DNA from: Microbacterium sp.
GTDB lineage: Bacteria > Actinomycetota > Actinomycetes > Actinomycetales > Microbacteriaceae
Reading direction: 5' to 3'
NCBI RefSeq assembly: GCF_041909575.1
Contig: NZ_JAYRDE010000004.1
Location: 2,748-66,747 of the forward strand
DNA: 64,000 nucleotides
Each line of letters opens with the position of its first letter. The stretch's first letter is position 1. The notes under the pieces were generated by a model that was not told the DNA's origin, made no database searches, and saw nothing but the letters and a program-made list of their open reading frames with translations. The position numbers and the translations under genes are program-made. This document shows, in pieces, positions 41,101-51,349 of the stretch.

Positions 41101-42477
41101 TCAGAAGGGCGCAGCATCCGTCGCCACCGCGTCGGCGCTCACTCGGAACACCGGCACCCGCCGCTCGGGCTCCACGACATAGCGGCGCCCGGTGGGCGAG
41201 ATCCACTCCAAGGCTCCGCCGCTCCCGTCGAGCTGGCGCACCGTCCATCCCCCGTGATGCTTCACCCGATGATGCCCCTTGCACAGCGGACACAGGTTCC
41301 ACAGCGCGGTCTCACCGCCGTCCTGCCACGCGATCGAATGGTCGATCTCGCACCGCGACGCCGGCATCCCGCACCCGGGCGCCATGCACCTGTCGGCTCG
41401 CCATCGGACCAGCCTGCGGAGTTCGGGCGGTGGCCGGTACCTGTCGCGGCCGACCGAGAGGACGATGCCGGTCTCGGGATGCGTCAGCACGCGCGTCCAG
41501 TCGGTCTCTCCGCCGCACAGCTCGCGCGCGCGGGCATGCGGGATCGGCCCGATGCCCTCGACCGACGCCGGCTCAGCGCCCGGCGGCAGAGCATCGCTGA
41601 GCAGTGCGAGGGCGGGAACCGTGACGACGACAGAGGCCCGGATGCCGCGGGCGGCCTCGGGCACCGCCGCCGTCTCGCCCTCGATGAGGAGGTCGCCCAG
41701 CACGTCGGCACGCACCTGGTCGAGCGTGCGGGACTCGCCTTCGTCCGCGACGATCGCCTTCGCCATCGCGGTCAGCCGGCCGTGGATGGCGTGGGCCTCG
41801 ACGGCAGGCAGATAGGCCGACAGCCACGCCATGCCCTCATCGACCTGTTCGACATGGACGCGCCGCTGCCGAAGCGCCTCGCGGTGCCGGGCGTCGAGCG
41901 TCTGCGCCCGCACAGTCTCGATGAGTCTGGTCAGCGAGCGGCGGAATGCGCCGACCGCCTCGACCTCGGCGAGCGCGACGGCCTGCGGCACCACCACGGC
42001 GTGGAACTCGGGCTCGACCGCCGCCATCGCCCGGACGAAGATCGCGGTGTGGCGCTCGGTGGTGCGGCCGGCGCCGAGGGCGTCGAGCATCGCCGGGAAG
42101 CGATGCACGAGTGCGTCTGCCTGCGCGATCAAGTCCCCCGCGGCCGATTCGGTCACGCGCAGCGCCGCCGCCAGCTCGAGACGGATGCCGCGCTCGACGA
42201 CCTCGGTCAGCGCGACACCCAGCCGCGCCGCGGCGTCCAGCGCATCGTGCCGCATCGCGTCGACGCGCTCGAGCCGCTGCGCGGCGAACACCGCCATCAT
42301 GGCGTCCACCTCGACGACGAGGTCGACGGCATCCGGGATGGGAGGGAGAAACTCCGCGCCCCAGTCGTCGGGATACGCGCCCCAGTCGTCCGGCTCCGGC
42401 CCCCAGTCGTCCGGATACGCCTCCCCGTCATCGGGGCCAGAGTCCGCGCCGTGCGGCGAATCGGGAATGGATGACAT
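41101..42477 (-). CDS. DUF222 domain HNH endonuclease (REP13E12-like)
   Basis: DQVRADVLGDLL, C-terminal CMAPGC...EIDH...WNLCPLCKGHHRVKH. Confidence 0.92.
   Translation of the reverse strand: MSSIPDSPHGADSGPDDGEAYPDDWGPEPDDWGAYPDDWGAEFLPPIPDAVDLVVEVDAMMAVFAAQRLERVDAMRHDALDAAARLGVALTEVVERGIRLELAAALRVTESAAGDLIAQADALVHRFPAMLDALGAGRTTERHTAIFVRAMAAVEPEFHAVVVPQAVALAEVEAVGAFRRSLTRLIETVRAQTLDARHREALRQRRVHVEQVDEGMAWLSAYLPAVEAHAIHGRLTAMAKAIVADEGESRTLDQVRADVLGDLLIEGETAAVPEAARGIRASVVVTVPALALLSDALPPGAEPASVEGIGPIPHARARELCGGETDWTRVLTHPETGIVLSVGRDRYRPPPELRRLVRWRADRCMAPGCGMPASRCEIDHSIAWQDGGETALWNLCPLCKGHHRVKHHGGWTVRQLDGSGGALEWISPTGRRYVVEPERRVPVFRVSADAVATDAAPF
42359..42421 (-). repeat. 21-bp intragenic tandem repeat encoding (xxPDDWG)3
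   Basis: CCCCAGTCGTC at 42359, 42380 and 42401. Confidence 0.85.
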
Positions 42478-42483
42478 GGTCCA

Positions 42484-42505
42484 ATATTAGAACATATGTA
42501 CGACA
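42484..42505 (-). promoter_or_regulatory. Overlapping LexA box and PafBC-type promoter of the HNH gene (leaderless)
   Basis: TAGAAC-ATAT-GTACGA (42488-42503) versus TCGAAC-N4-GTTCGA; minus strand TGTCGT-N10-TAATAT; -10 ends 6 nt before the ATG. Confidence 0.7.
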
Positions 42506-42620
42506 CCCATCCCGAGTTATCCACAACCCACCCGAGGGCACCGAACCGCGGCCCCCACCCGGCGCGACCCCGCCAAACCCAGGGAGGGCCGAGAACCCCG
42601 CCGCGCGGCGTCCGTCCGGC

Positions 42621-43445
42621 TCAGACCTTCTCGACGGGCGCGATCAGCTCCGTCACCCACTCCGATTGCGGCCGGTCGTCGGGCGCGTGCACGTAGACCT
42701 CCCGGGTGGGGCCGACGACGCGGTAGCCGTCGTCCACGAGCCGGCCCATGAGCTCCATCCACGAACGGCCGATCGACGGCATGTCGCCCCGATGCGCCAG
42801 CACGGCGGCCGTCTCGACGGCCGGGAGCTCGACGACGTCGTACCCGTCACCGGCTGCGGGCGGAGCATCCGCTGTGAACGAGACGTGCACGGCGAGCGCC
42901 TCGGAGTCGGGGACGGCCTCGTACCAGAACACGCCGGGTTCGAGCGGCGATCGCCCGGCGGCCTCGATGGCGCCGATGAGCCTTCCGAGCAGCGGATCGA
43001 TGACGGGCGAGACGTTCTCGGGCCCCATGCCGGGGGCACGGCCCTCGACGGCGTAGACGGTGACAGGCTCCAGCGGGCGGTACTCGACACGTGCGGACAT
43101 GGTGTCCTCTCCTTCCAGGCGACGGAGTCGTTCGCCGATCCTGGCGACGCGGTCGCGGTCCTGCGCGATCGACGCTTCGAGCTCGGCGCGACGCCGCACG
43201 AGGAGGTCGTGCATCGCCGCGGACGGATCGCCCGCGGCCAGTACGACGCCGATCTCGTCCAGACCGCAGCCGAGGTCCCTCAGCTCGACGATCCGCAGCA
43301 GCGAGCCGAGCTGCGCGTCGGCGTAATGCCGATAGCCGCTCCGCTCGTCGACGCGAGCGGGCTCCAGCAGCCCGATCGCGTCGTAGTGCCGCAGCATCCG
43401 CACGCTCACGCGCCCGAGGGCGGCGAACTCTCCGATGGTGTACAT
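42621..43445 (-). CDS. MerR family regulator with GyrI-like effector domain
   Basis: YTIGEFAALGRVSVRMLRHYD..GLL HTH; C-terminal REVY..TELIAP; start ATG 43445. Confidence 0.92.
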   Translation of the reverse strand: MYTIGEFAALGRVSVRMLRHYDAIGLLEPARVDERSGYRHYADAQLGSLLRIVELRDLGCGLDEIGVVLAAGDPSAAMHDLLVRRRAELEASIAQDRDRVARIGERLRRLEGEDTMSARVEYRPLEPVTVYAVEGRAPGMGPENVSPVIDPLLGRLIGAIEAAGRSPLEPGVFWYEAVPDSEALAVHVSFTADAPPAAGDGYDVVELPAVETAAVLAHRGDMPSIGRSWMELMGRLVDDGYRVVGPTREVYVHAPDDRPQSEWVTELIAPVEKV

Positions 43446-43455
43446 GGTGGAGACC

Positions 43456-43486
43456 ACGCTCGACCCTGACACAGCGTGAGAGTCAA
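43456..43486 (-). promoter_or_regulatory. MerR-type promoter with 19-bp spacer and dyad
   Basis: Minus strand TTGACT-19 bp (CTCACGCTGTGTCAGGGTC)-GAGCGT. Confidence 0.7.
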
Positions 43487-43538
43487 GCGGAAGAGCCGGC
43501 ACCCTCGAAAAGCTCGAGTCGGAGACCCCGAAACCGCG

Positions 43539-44795
43539 TCAGGCCGAGGCCGACCAGCCGTCATCGACCACGCGCGCGGCCGCTTCCCCGTCGTCGACGG
43601 TGAGGCCGTGGAGCGTCTCGAGGGCGGCGTGCGCCTCGTCGAGGCGTCCGTCCACGGCGAGCTCGCGGATGCGCACGGACGGCCGGTGCAGCAGCACGCC
43701 GGCGAGGTGGCGCAGCGCCGCCTCGGTATCGGCTCCGGCTCCGCGGGCGCGGGCACGGGCGATCTCGGCCTCGACGATCCCGAGCACCTCGCTGCGCAGC
43801 GCGGTGATGGCGGGGCCGGCGGCGCGGTCGGCGGCGAACTCGGTCGCCGCGTCGCCGACGATGGCGCGGGCGTCGGAGTGGGCGCTGAACTCCTCGAGCG
43901 GAGCGTGCAGGCGGATCGTCTCGAGGTCGAGCAGCTCGACGGCGTCGACGGCTCCGACCTCGGGGTCGACGTTGCGCGGGAGCCCGAGGTCGATCACGAG
44001 CACGCGATGCCCGGGAGTGAACGCGTCGGCGTGCACGACGGCGTCGGCCGTGCAGGTGATGACGACGTCGGCGTCGGCGGAGGCCGCGGCGAAGTCCTCG
44101 ACGGGCACGAGTCCGTGCTGGGCGGCGAAGGCGCTCGCCCGGCCCGAGGGCGAGAAGACCCGAAGATCGCGGGCACCGCGGGCGCGCACGGCCTCGACGG
44201 TGCGTGCGGCGTAGCGCCCGGTGCCGACGATGACGACGCGCGCCGCGGACCAGTCGGCGATGCGCGACGAGGCGAGTTCGAGCGCGAACCGCACCAGCGA
44301 GCGGTGGGTGCCGCGAAGGCCGGTGCGATTGCGGATGCCGCGGCTCGTGTGGGTCGCCTTCTGGAACAGCCGCTCCAGCTCGCCGCTCGTCATTCCCTCG
44401 GCGCGTGCGGCGTCCAGCGCGCGGCGCACCTGGCCCGAGATCTCGTCTTCGCCGACGACGACGGATTCGAGGCCGCTGGTCACCGCGAAGAGGTGGGCCG
44501 CGGCATCCGCCCCCTGGTGCACGGCGACGGACGAGCGCAGCAGGTCGACGGGGACATCGGATGCCGCGGCCATCGCCTCGACGACGGATTCGACCGCGAC
44601 CGCCTCACCGCCGGTGAGCGGCTCATCAATGTCGAGGTAGGCCTCGAAGCGGTTGCAGGTGGCGAGGACCACCGCGCCGGCGACGAAGAGCTCCTCGTCG
44701 ACGAGCGCGCGCGTGGCGGCCGGAGCCCCCTGGGAGAGTCGCTCCAGGACGTCGAGACTCGCGTTCCGATGGTTCGCGGTGAGACAGAGGAGCAC
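43539..44795 (-). CDS. hemA: Glutamyl-tRNA reductase
   Basis: ATCNRFE, GLESVVVGEDEI.GQ, GTGRYA, DLGLPRNVDP. Confidence 0.95.
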   Translation of the reverse strand: MLLCLTANHRNASLDVLERLSQGAPAATRALVDEELFVAGAVVLATCNRFEAYLDIDEPLTGGEAVAVESVVEAMAAASDVPVDLLRSSVAVHQGADAAAHLFAVTSGLESVVVGEDEISGQVRRALDAARAEGMTSGELERLFQKATHTSRGIRNRTGLRGTHRSLVRFALELASSRIADWSAARVVIVGTGRYAARTVEAVRARGARDLRVFSPSGRASAFAAQHGLVPVEDFAAASADADVVITCTADAVVHADAFTPGHRVLVIDLGLPRNVDPEVGAVDAVELLDLETIRLHAPLEEFSAHSDARAIVGDAATEFAADRAAGPAITALRSEVLGIVEAEIARARARGAGADTEAALRHLAGVLLHRPSVRIRELAVDGRLDEAHAALETLHGLTVDDGEAAARVVDDGWSASA

Positions 44796-44854
44796 CCCTC
44801 CATGTTAAGGCACCCTCGGAGTCCCGTTTCGGAAGGTGTGCCTAAGGTTGTTCC

Positions 44855-45913
44855 GTGCCCCTGGAAGATTCCCACCCCACCCTGGCCGCCGGGTATGTCG
44901 CCCCGCCGCTGATCCGCGCCTACCGCGGCGAGCGCCCGGCGACGACACCGGTCTGGTTCATGCGCCAGGCGGGCCGCTCGCTGCCGGAATACCGCGAGCT
45001 GCGCGTGGGCACCGACATGCTCGACGCCTGCCTGAACCCGGCGCTCGCGAGCGAGATCACGCTGCAGCCGGTGCGGCGCCACGGGGTGGACGCGGGCATC
45101 TTCTTCAGCGACATCGTGATCCCCGTGAAGCTCGCCGGCGTCGACGTGCGCATCGTCCCGGGACGGGGTCCGGTGCTCGCCGAGCCCGTGCGCACGGCGG
45201 CCGACGTCGCGGCGCTGCCGCCGCTGGATCCTGGTGCTCTCGAGCCCGTCCGCGAGGCCGTGCGCCTCACCGTCGCCGAGCTCGACGCGACCCCCCTCAT
45301 CGGGTTCGCGGGGGCGCCGTACACTCTCGCGTCGTACCTCGTCGAGGGCGGTCCGTCGAAGGAGCAGCTGAAGACGCGCGCGCTCATGCACTCCGACCCC
45401 GCGACGTGGTCGGCGCTGCTCACGTGGTGCGCGGATGTCACGGGAGCCTTCCTCGCAGCGCAGCTCGAGGCCGGAGCCTCCGCCGGCCAGCTCTTCGACT
45501 CGTGGGCGGGATCGCTGAGCCTCAGCGACTACACCTCGCACGTGGCCCCGCACTCGGCCCGAGCCCTCGAACCGGCCCGGGCCCTCGGAGTGCCGCTCGT
45601 GCACTTCGGCGTGGGCACCGCCGAGCTGCTCGCCGCGATGCACGGCATCGGGGTGGACGTGATGGGCGTGGACTGGCGCCTCCCCCTGGACGAGGCCTCA
45701 CGCCGGCTGGGCGGGGGTGTGCCGCTGCAGGGCAACATCGACCCGGCGCTGCTCGCCGCGCCGTGGCCGGTGCTGGAGGCCCACGTGCGCGATGTGCTCG
45801 ACCGCGGACGGGCCGCCCCCGCGCACGTGGTGAACCTCGGCCACGGCGTGCCGCCCGAGAGCGATCCGACCGTGCTCACGCGACTCGTGGAGTTCGTCCA
45901 CGCACATGGCTGA
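44855..45913 (+). CDS. hemE: Uroporphyrinogen decarboxylase
   Basis: [31 protein letters not shown]. Confidence 0.96.
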   Translation: MPLEDSHPTLAAGYVAPPLIRAYRGERPATTPVWFMRQAGRSLPEYRELRVGTDMLDACLNPALASEITLQPVRRHGVDAGIFFSDIVIPVKLAGVDVRIVPGRGPVLAEPVRTAADVAALPPLDPGALEPVREAVRLTVAELDATPLIGFAGAPYTLASYLVEGGPSKEQLKTRALMHSDPATWSALLTWCADVTGAFLAAQLEAGASAGQLFDSWAGSLSLSDYTSHVAPHSARALEPARALGVPLVHFGVGTAELLAAMHGIGVDVMGVDWRLPLDEASRRLGGGVPLQGNIDPALLAAPWPVLEAHVRDVLDRGRAAPAHVVNLGHGVPPESDPTVLTRLVEFVHAHG

Positions 45914-47123
45914 GGTCTCCGTCGTCGGCGGCGGTGTCGCGGGGCTCGTGGTGGCCCGGCGACTCGCACTGTCGGGAGTCTCCGTCGCCGTGCACGAGGC
46001 CACGGGCCGCCTCGGCGGAACGGTCGCGCGCCACGAGGTGGCCGGCATCGCCCTGGATGCCGGCGCGGAGAGCTTCGCCGTCCGCGGCGGGGTCGTCGCG
46101 AGGCTGCTGGCCGAGCTCGGCCTCGGGGACGACGTCGTCGAGCCGCGCCCGGGCCCGGCCTGGCTGCAGCCCGCCTCCGGCGACGCGGTCCCGCTGCCGG
46201 CGACCGCGCTGCTCGGCATCCCCTCAGATCCGCTCGCAGACGACGTCGTGCGGGTCGTCGGGCGCGAGGCCGCGGAGGCGGCCGTGCGGCTGGATGCGCT
46301 TCCCCTGGCGCCCGGCGCGGCGGAGATGTCGCTCGGTGCGCTGGTGCGGGCGCGCTTCGGCGACACGGTGCTGGAGCGGCTCGTCGCGCCCGTCGTGCAC
46401 GGGGTGCACTCGCAGCACCCGGACGAGGTCCCGCTGACGCGCGCGCACCCGTCCCTCCCCGCCGAGCTGATCGCCGCCGGATCGCTCGCGGGCGCGGTCG
46501 GCGCCCTGCGCGCGACCGCTCCCCCGGGATCCGCGGTCGCCGGGATCCGCGGCGGCCTGCACCGGATCATCCCGGCGCTCGCGGCCGACCTCCAGCGCCA
46601 CGGCGGCACGATCCGGCTCGGCTCGCGCGTCGAGGACGTCTCGCAGCTGCCCGGCCGGGTGGTCGTGGCGGCGGCGGGCGCAGCATCCGCTTCTCGTCCC
46701 GGGCGCCGCATCGACCTCGTCACGCTCGTCGTCGAACAGCCGGAACTGGATGCCGCTCCCCGCGGCAGCGGACTGCTCGTCGCCGACGGGGCCGAGGTGT
46801 CGGCCCGCGCCCTCACGCACGCGACGGCGAAGTGGGACTGGCTGCGCGAGGCCGCCGGTGGACGCCACGTGCTGCGCCTGTCCTACGACGCGACCCCGGC
46901 CGACCCCGCGGGCACGGCTCGCGCCGACGCCGAGGCCCTTCTCGGCGTGGAGCTGCCGATCGTGGTCGGCACCGCCCACGTCGTGTGGACCCGGCCCGCC
47001 CCCGCAGCACCCACGAAGGCGGCGTCCGACCCGATCGTCGTCGGCGAGACCGTCGCCGGCTCGGGCCTGGCCGGCATCGTCGCCCACGCCGAGCGCACCG
47101 CCCAGCTCCTCCTCGCCTCCTGA
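45906..47123 (+). CDS. hemY: Coproporphyrinogen/protoporphyrinogen oxidase (HemY/CgoX)
   Basis: [24 protein letters not shown]; located between hemE and hemQ. Confidence 0.88.
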   Translation: MAEVSVVGGGVAGLVVARRLALSGVSVAVHEATGRLGGTVARHEVAGIALDAGAESFAVRGGVVARLLAELGLGDDVVEPRPGPAWLQPASGDAVPLPATALLGIPSDPLADDVVRVVGREAAEAAVRLDALPLAPGAAEMSLGALVRARFGDTVLERLVAPVVHGVHSQHPDEVPLTRAHPSLPAELIAAGSLAGAVGALRATAPPGSAVAGIRGGLHRIIPALAADLQRHGGTIRLGSRVEDVSQLPGRVVVAAAGAASASRPGRRIDLVTLVVEQPELDAAPRGSGLLVADGAEVSARALTHATAKWDWLREAAGGRHVLRLSYDATPADPAGTARADAEALLGVELPIVVGTAHVVWTRPAPAAPTKAASDPIVVGETVAGSGLAGIVAHAERTAQLLLAS

Positions 47124-47148
47124 CGCACTGCCGCCGGGGGTGGCGCGA

Positions 47149-47232
47149 GCACAACGTCGGCATCTGCGCCTGAGCCGGCCCGGAATCCTCCCCAGATCAC
47201 CGCCCGACCGCGCGGATTTGCCGACGTTGTGC
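47149..47232. repeat. Intergenic inverted repeat between hemY and hemQ
   Basis: GCACAACGTCGGCA / TGCCGACGTTGTGC perfect 14-bp arms, extending imperfectly inward. Confidence 0.8.
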
Positions 47233-47274
47233 ACAGACAGCCCCCGGCACCGGGCCCGGCGACAGGGTGAAACA

Positions 47275-47973
47275 ATGGAACCCATGAGCGAAACCTCGGC
47301 TGTCCCCCCGTCCGAGAACGAGGCGCTCGGCTACACCCTGTGGGCCGTCTTCCGCCGCGACCCCGCGAACCCCGCACCGGCAGGCGACCTGACCGCCGCC
47401 GTCGCCGAGGTCGAGGCATCCGGCGTCACGGTTCGCGGCTGGTACGACGTGTCGGGCCTGCGAGCCGACGCCGACCTCATGGTGTGGCTGCACGGCACGG
47501 ATGTCGCCCCCGAGAAGCTGCAGGCCGCGCTGCGCACCCTGCGGCGCGCCGAGCCCCTGAGCACGCTCGTGCCGGTGTGGAACGCCATGGGCGTGCACCG
47601 CGACGCCGAGTTCACGGCGAACCACCTCCCCGCGTTCATGCGCGGCAAGGAGCCCGAGACGTGGCTCACCGTCTACCCGTTCGTGCGGTCGTACGAGTGG
47701 TACATCCTGCCCGACGACGAGCGGCGCGCGATGCTCGCCGACCACGGCCGGAAGGGCTCGGAGTACCGCCAGGTGCTCGCCAACACGGTCGCCTCGTTCG
47801 CGCTCGGCGACTACGAGTGGATCCTCGCGCTCGAGGCGCCCGAGCTCGTCGACCTCGTCGACCTGATGCGCCACCTGCGGCAGACCGAGGCCCGGCGTCA
47901 CGTGCGCGAAGAGGTCCCGTTCTTCACGGGCCGCCGCATCGGACTGGACGAGATCGCCGAGGTCCTGGCGTGA
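47275..47973 (+). CDS. hemQ: Coproheme decarboxylase
   Basis: YDVSGLRADADLM.W, AEFTANH.P, YPFVRSYEWY, GDYEW, E.PFFTG; start 47275 or 47284. Confidence 0.95.
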   Translation: MEPMSETSAVPPSENEALGYTLWAVFRRDPANPAPAGDLTAAVAEVEASGVTVRGWYDVSGLRADADLMVWLHGTDVAPEKLQAALRTLRRAEPLSTLVPVWNAMGVHRDAEFTANHLPAFMRGKEPETWLTVYPFVRSYEWYILPDDERRAMLADHGRKGSEYRQVLANTVASFALGDYEWILALEAPELVDLVDLMRHLRQTEARRHVREEVPFFTGRRIGLDEIAEVLA

Positions 47974-48899
47974 GCGCCGCGTCGAACGACGTGCTGCGCA
48001 TCGGCACGCGCGGCAGCGCCCTGGCCCTTACGCAGACGGGGATGGTCGCCGACGACCTCGCCGACGCGACCGGCGCCCGCACCGAGCTCGTCACGATCAC
48101 GACCGACGGCGACCGCTCGAACGAGCCCCTCTCCCGCGCGGGCGGTGCCGGGCTCTTCACCGGAGCCCTGCGCGACGCCCTCCTCGAGGACCGCTGCGAC
48201 CTGATCGTGCACTCGCTCAAGGACCTGCCGACGGCCCCGCACGACCGGCTCGTCGTCGCCGCGATCCCGGCACGCGAAGATCCGCGCGACGCCCTGTGCG
48301 CGCGGGATGGCCTGACCCTCGAGTCCCTGCCCGCCGGCGCCCGGATCGGCACCGGATCGCCGCGCCGCATGGCGCAGCTGCGCGCGAAGCGACCGGATGT
48401 CGAGGTCGTCGACATCCGCGGCAACGTCGACACGCGCCTTGGCCGCGTCGCGCCGGGCGATCTCGACGCCGTCGTCCTCGCCGCCGCGGGGCTGCGCCGG
48501 CTCGGCCGCACCGACGTCATCACCGAGTACCTCGACGCCGACCGCTGGCCGACGGCGCCGGGGCAGGGCGCCCTGGCGGTCGAGGTGCGCCGCGGCGATG
48601 AGCGCCTCGTCCACGCGCTCGACCACGCCGAGACCCGCGCCGCCGTCGAGGCCGAGCGCGAGGTGCTCGCCCTCCTCGAAGCCGGCTGCTCCGCCCCGCT
48701 CGGAGCCCGCGCCGTCGTGGATGCCGGACTCCTCCTCCTCTCGGCCAGCGTCTACAGCCTCGACGGCCGGACCGTGCTGACCTCCTCCCACGCGGCGACA
48801 TGGCCCGACGACGGCGACCCGTCGCGCGAGGTCGCGGCCCGCGTCGCCCGCGAACTGATCGACGCCGGCGCCGCCGGCCTCACCGGAGCCCGCCCATGA
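47970..48899 (+). CDS. hemC: Hydroxymethylbilane synthase
   Basis: [40 protein letters not shown]. Confidence 0.95.
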   Translation: MSAASNDVLRIGTRGSALALTQTGMVADDLADATGARTELVTITTDGDRSNEPLSRAGGAGLFTGALRDALLEDRCDLIVHSLKDLPTAPHDRLVVAAIPAREDPRDALCARDGLTLESLPAGARIGTGSPRRMAQLRAKRPDVEVVDIRGNVDTRLGRVAPGDLDAVVLAAAGLRRLGRTDVITEYLDADRWPTAPGQGALAVEVRRGDERLVHALDHAETRAAVEAEREVLALLEAGCSAPLGARAVVDAGLLLLSASVYSLDGRTVLTSSHAATWPDDGDPSREVAARVARELIDAGAAGLTGARP

Positions 48900-49930
48900 A
48901 CTCTGCCCACGCCTCCGAGGGGGCCCACCCCCTCGGACACCCCCGGCCCGCCCCCGCGGACCGCCCCGTCGTGCGCCCCCGACGCCTGCGCGCCACCGCG
49001 GCGATGCGGCGCCTCGTCGCCGAGACCCGCCTGCACCCCGCCGACCTCGTGCTCCCGATGTTCGTCCGCGAGGGCGCGAGCGAGCCGGTGCCGATCTCGT
49101 CCATGCCCGGCGTCGTGCAGCACACTACGGAGTCCCTCAAGCAGGCGGTGACGGATGCCGCGACCGCCGGCATCGGAGGCATCATGCTGTTCGGGGTGCC
49201 CGAGCACAAGGACGCGACCGGATCGGGTGCGACCGATCCCGACGGCATCCTCAACGTCGCCACGCGCATCGCCGTCGCCGAGGCGGGGAGTGCGCTCGTC
49301 GTGCAGACCGACCTGTGCCTGGACGAATTCACCGACCACGGCCATTGCGGCGTGCTCGACAGCGACGGCGCGGTCGACAACGACGCCACGCTCGAGCGCT
49401 ACCGCCAGATGGGCGTGGCGCAGGCCGAGGCGGGCTCGCAGCTGCTCGGGCTCAGCGGCATGATGGACGGTCAGGTCGCCGCCGTGCGCGACGCCCTCGA
49501 CGGCGCCGGTCACGCCGGCGTGCCGCTCCTCGGCTATGCCGCGAAGTACGCGTCGGCGTTCTACGGACCGTTCCGCGAGGCCGTGCAGTCCTCGCTCGAG
49601 GGCGACCGCCGCACCTACCAGCTCGACCCCGCGAACCGTCGCGAGGGTGCGCTCGAGATCGACCTCGACGTCGCCGAGAGTGCCGACATCGTCATGGTCA
49701 AGCCGGCGATGAGCTATCTCGACGTGCTGGCCGATGCCGCGGCATCCAGCCCCGTCCCCGTCTGGGCGTATCAGGTGTCGGGCGAGTACGCCATGATCGA
49801 GGCCGCCGCCGCCAACGGCTGGATCGACCGGCGCCGCGCGATCGAGGAGTCGGTGCTCGGCATCCGTCGCGCCGGAGCCGACGCGGTGCTCACCTACTGG
49901 GCCACCGAGCTGGCGGGATGGATCCGATGA
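48896..49930 (+). CDS. hemB: Porphobilinogen synthase
   Basis: [43 protein letters not shown]. Confidence 0.96.
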   Translation: MNSAHASEGAHPLGHPRPAPADRPVVRPRRLRATAAMRRLVAETRLHPADLVLPMFVREGASEPVPISSMPGVVQHTTESLKQAVTDAATAGIGGIMLFGVPEHKDATGSGATDPDGILNVATRIAVAEAGSALVVQTDLCLDEFTDHGHCGVLDSDGAVDNDATLERYRQMGVAQAEAGSQLLGLSGMMDGQVAAVRDALDGAGHAGVPLLGYAAKYASAFYGPFREAVQSSLEGDRRTYQLDPANRREGALEIDLDVAESADIVMVKPAMSYLDVLADAAASSPVPVWAYQVSGEYAMIEAAAANGWIDRRRAIEESVLGIRRAGADAVLTYWATELAGWIR

Positions 49931-51240
49931 CGACGAACGAGCAGGAGTTCGAGCGCGCCCGCGGCGCCATGCCGGGAGGGGTCAACTCCCCCGTGCGCGC
50001 ATTCGGGTCGGTCGGCACGACCCCCCGGTTCTTCGTGTCGGCCTCGGGCCCGCGCGTGACGGACGTCGAGGGGCGCGAGTACGTCGACCTCGTCGGGTCG
50101 TGGGGTCCCGCGATCCTCGGGCACGCGCATCCGGCCGTCGTGAAGGCGGTGCAGGATGCCGCGTCCCACGGCCTCGGGTTCGGTGCATCCACCCCCGGCG
50201 AGACCGAGCTGGCCGAGCTGATCGAGGCCCGGGTGACGCGTGACGGCGCGCGTCCGATCGAGCGCGTGCGCCTGGTGTCGACGGGCACCGAGGCGACGAT
50301 GACCGCGATCCGCCTCGCGCGGGGCGCGACCGGCCGCGACCTGATCGTGAAGTTCGCCGGGCACTACCACGGGCACTCCGACGGCCTGCTCGCCGAGGCG
50401 GGGTCCGGCGTCGCGACGCTGGCGATGCCCGGCTCGGCGGGGGTCCCCGCGCCGATCGCCGCGCAGACGCTCGTCGTGCCCTACAACGACCTCGAGGCGC
50501 TCCGGGAGGTGTTCGCCGCGCGCGGCTCGGACATCGCCGCGATCATCGTGGAGGCCGCGCCGGCCAACATGGGCATCGTGCCGCCCGCGCACGGCTTCAA
50601 CGCCGCGATCGCCGACCTCGCTCACGCCCACGGCGCGCTGCTGATCCTTGACGAGGTGCTCACCGGCTTCCGGGTCGGCCCCGCGGGCTGGTACGGCATC
50701 GACCCGGTGCCGTTCTCCCCCGACCTCATCACGTTCGGCAAGGTCGTCGGCGGCGGTCTCCCGCTCGCCGCGCTCGGCGGATCGGCGGCGCTCATGGAGC
50801 TGCTCGCCCCGCTCGGACCGGTGTACCAGGCGGGCACGCTGAGCGGCAATCCGCTCGCCGTCGCCGCCGGACGGGCCACGCTCGACCACCTCGACGCCGA
50901 CGCCTACGCCCGCATCGACGCCGCCGCCTCCCGGATCGCGGAGGCCGCGGCATCCGCCCTCTCTGACGCCGGGGTGACACACGTCGTGCAGCGCTCGGGG
51001 AACCTGTTCTCGATCCAGTTCGCCGCGGCCCCGCCCACCGACTACGACTCGGTGAAGGCGCAGGAGGCGTTCCGGTATGCGCCGTTCTTCCGCGCGATGC
51101 TCGAGCAGGGCGTCTCGCTGCCCCCGTCGGTCTTCGAGGCTTGGTTCGTCTCGGCCGCGCACGACGACGAGGCCGTTGCCCAGATCATCGACGCGCTCCC
51201 TGCCGCCGCTCGGGCCGCCGCCGAGGCCTCCCCGGCCTGA
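49927..51240 (+). CDS. hemL: Glutamate-1-semialdehyde 2,1-aminomutase
   Basis: [44 protein letters not shown]. Confidence 0.96.
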   Translation: MTTNEQEFERARGAMPGGVNSPVRAFGSVGTTPRFFVSASGPRVTDVEGREYVDLVGSWGPAILGHAHPAVVKAVQDAASHGLGFGASTPGETELAELIEARVTRDGARPIERVRLVSTGTEATMTAIRLARGATGRDLIVKFAGHYHGHSDGLLAEAGSGVATLAMPGSAGVPAPIAAQTLVVPYNDLEALREVFAARGSDIAAIIVEAAPANMGIVPPAHGFNAAIADLAHAHGALLILDEVLTGFRVGPAGWYGIDPVPFSPDLITFGKVVGGGLPLAALGGSAALMELLAPLGPVYQAGTLSGNPLAVAAGRATLDHLDADAYARIDAAASRIAEAAASALSDAGVTHVVQRSGNLFSIQFAAAPPTDYDSVKAQEAFRYAPFFRAMLEQGVSLPPSVFEAWFVSAAHDDEAVAQIIDALPAAARAAAEASPA

Positions 51241-51256
51241 CCCCGGCAACGGCGAT

Positions 51257-51320
51257 CAGGAGAAATCCGCTCCGCAGGACGATTCCCCGGCCGAGCGTCC
51301 TGCGTGCGGGAGATGTCCTG
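51257..51320. repeat. Nested inverted repeat with 18-bp periodic CAGGA motif
   Basis: CAGGA at 51257 and 51275; TCCTG at 51298 and 51316; inner CGCAGGACG/CGTCCTGCG stem. Confidence 0.7.
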
Positions 51321-51349
51321 CACAGGGGATGGACGGTAGCGTCGGCGCC

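Noticed and set aside
47970-48899. HemC-HemD fusion or frameshifted hemD remnant
   Set aside because: HemC ends at normal length and overlaps the hemB start; I see no HemD-like sequence in any frame.
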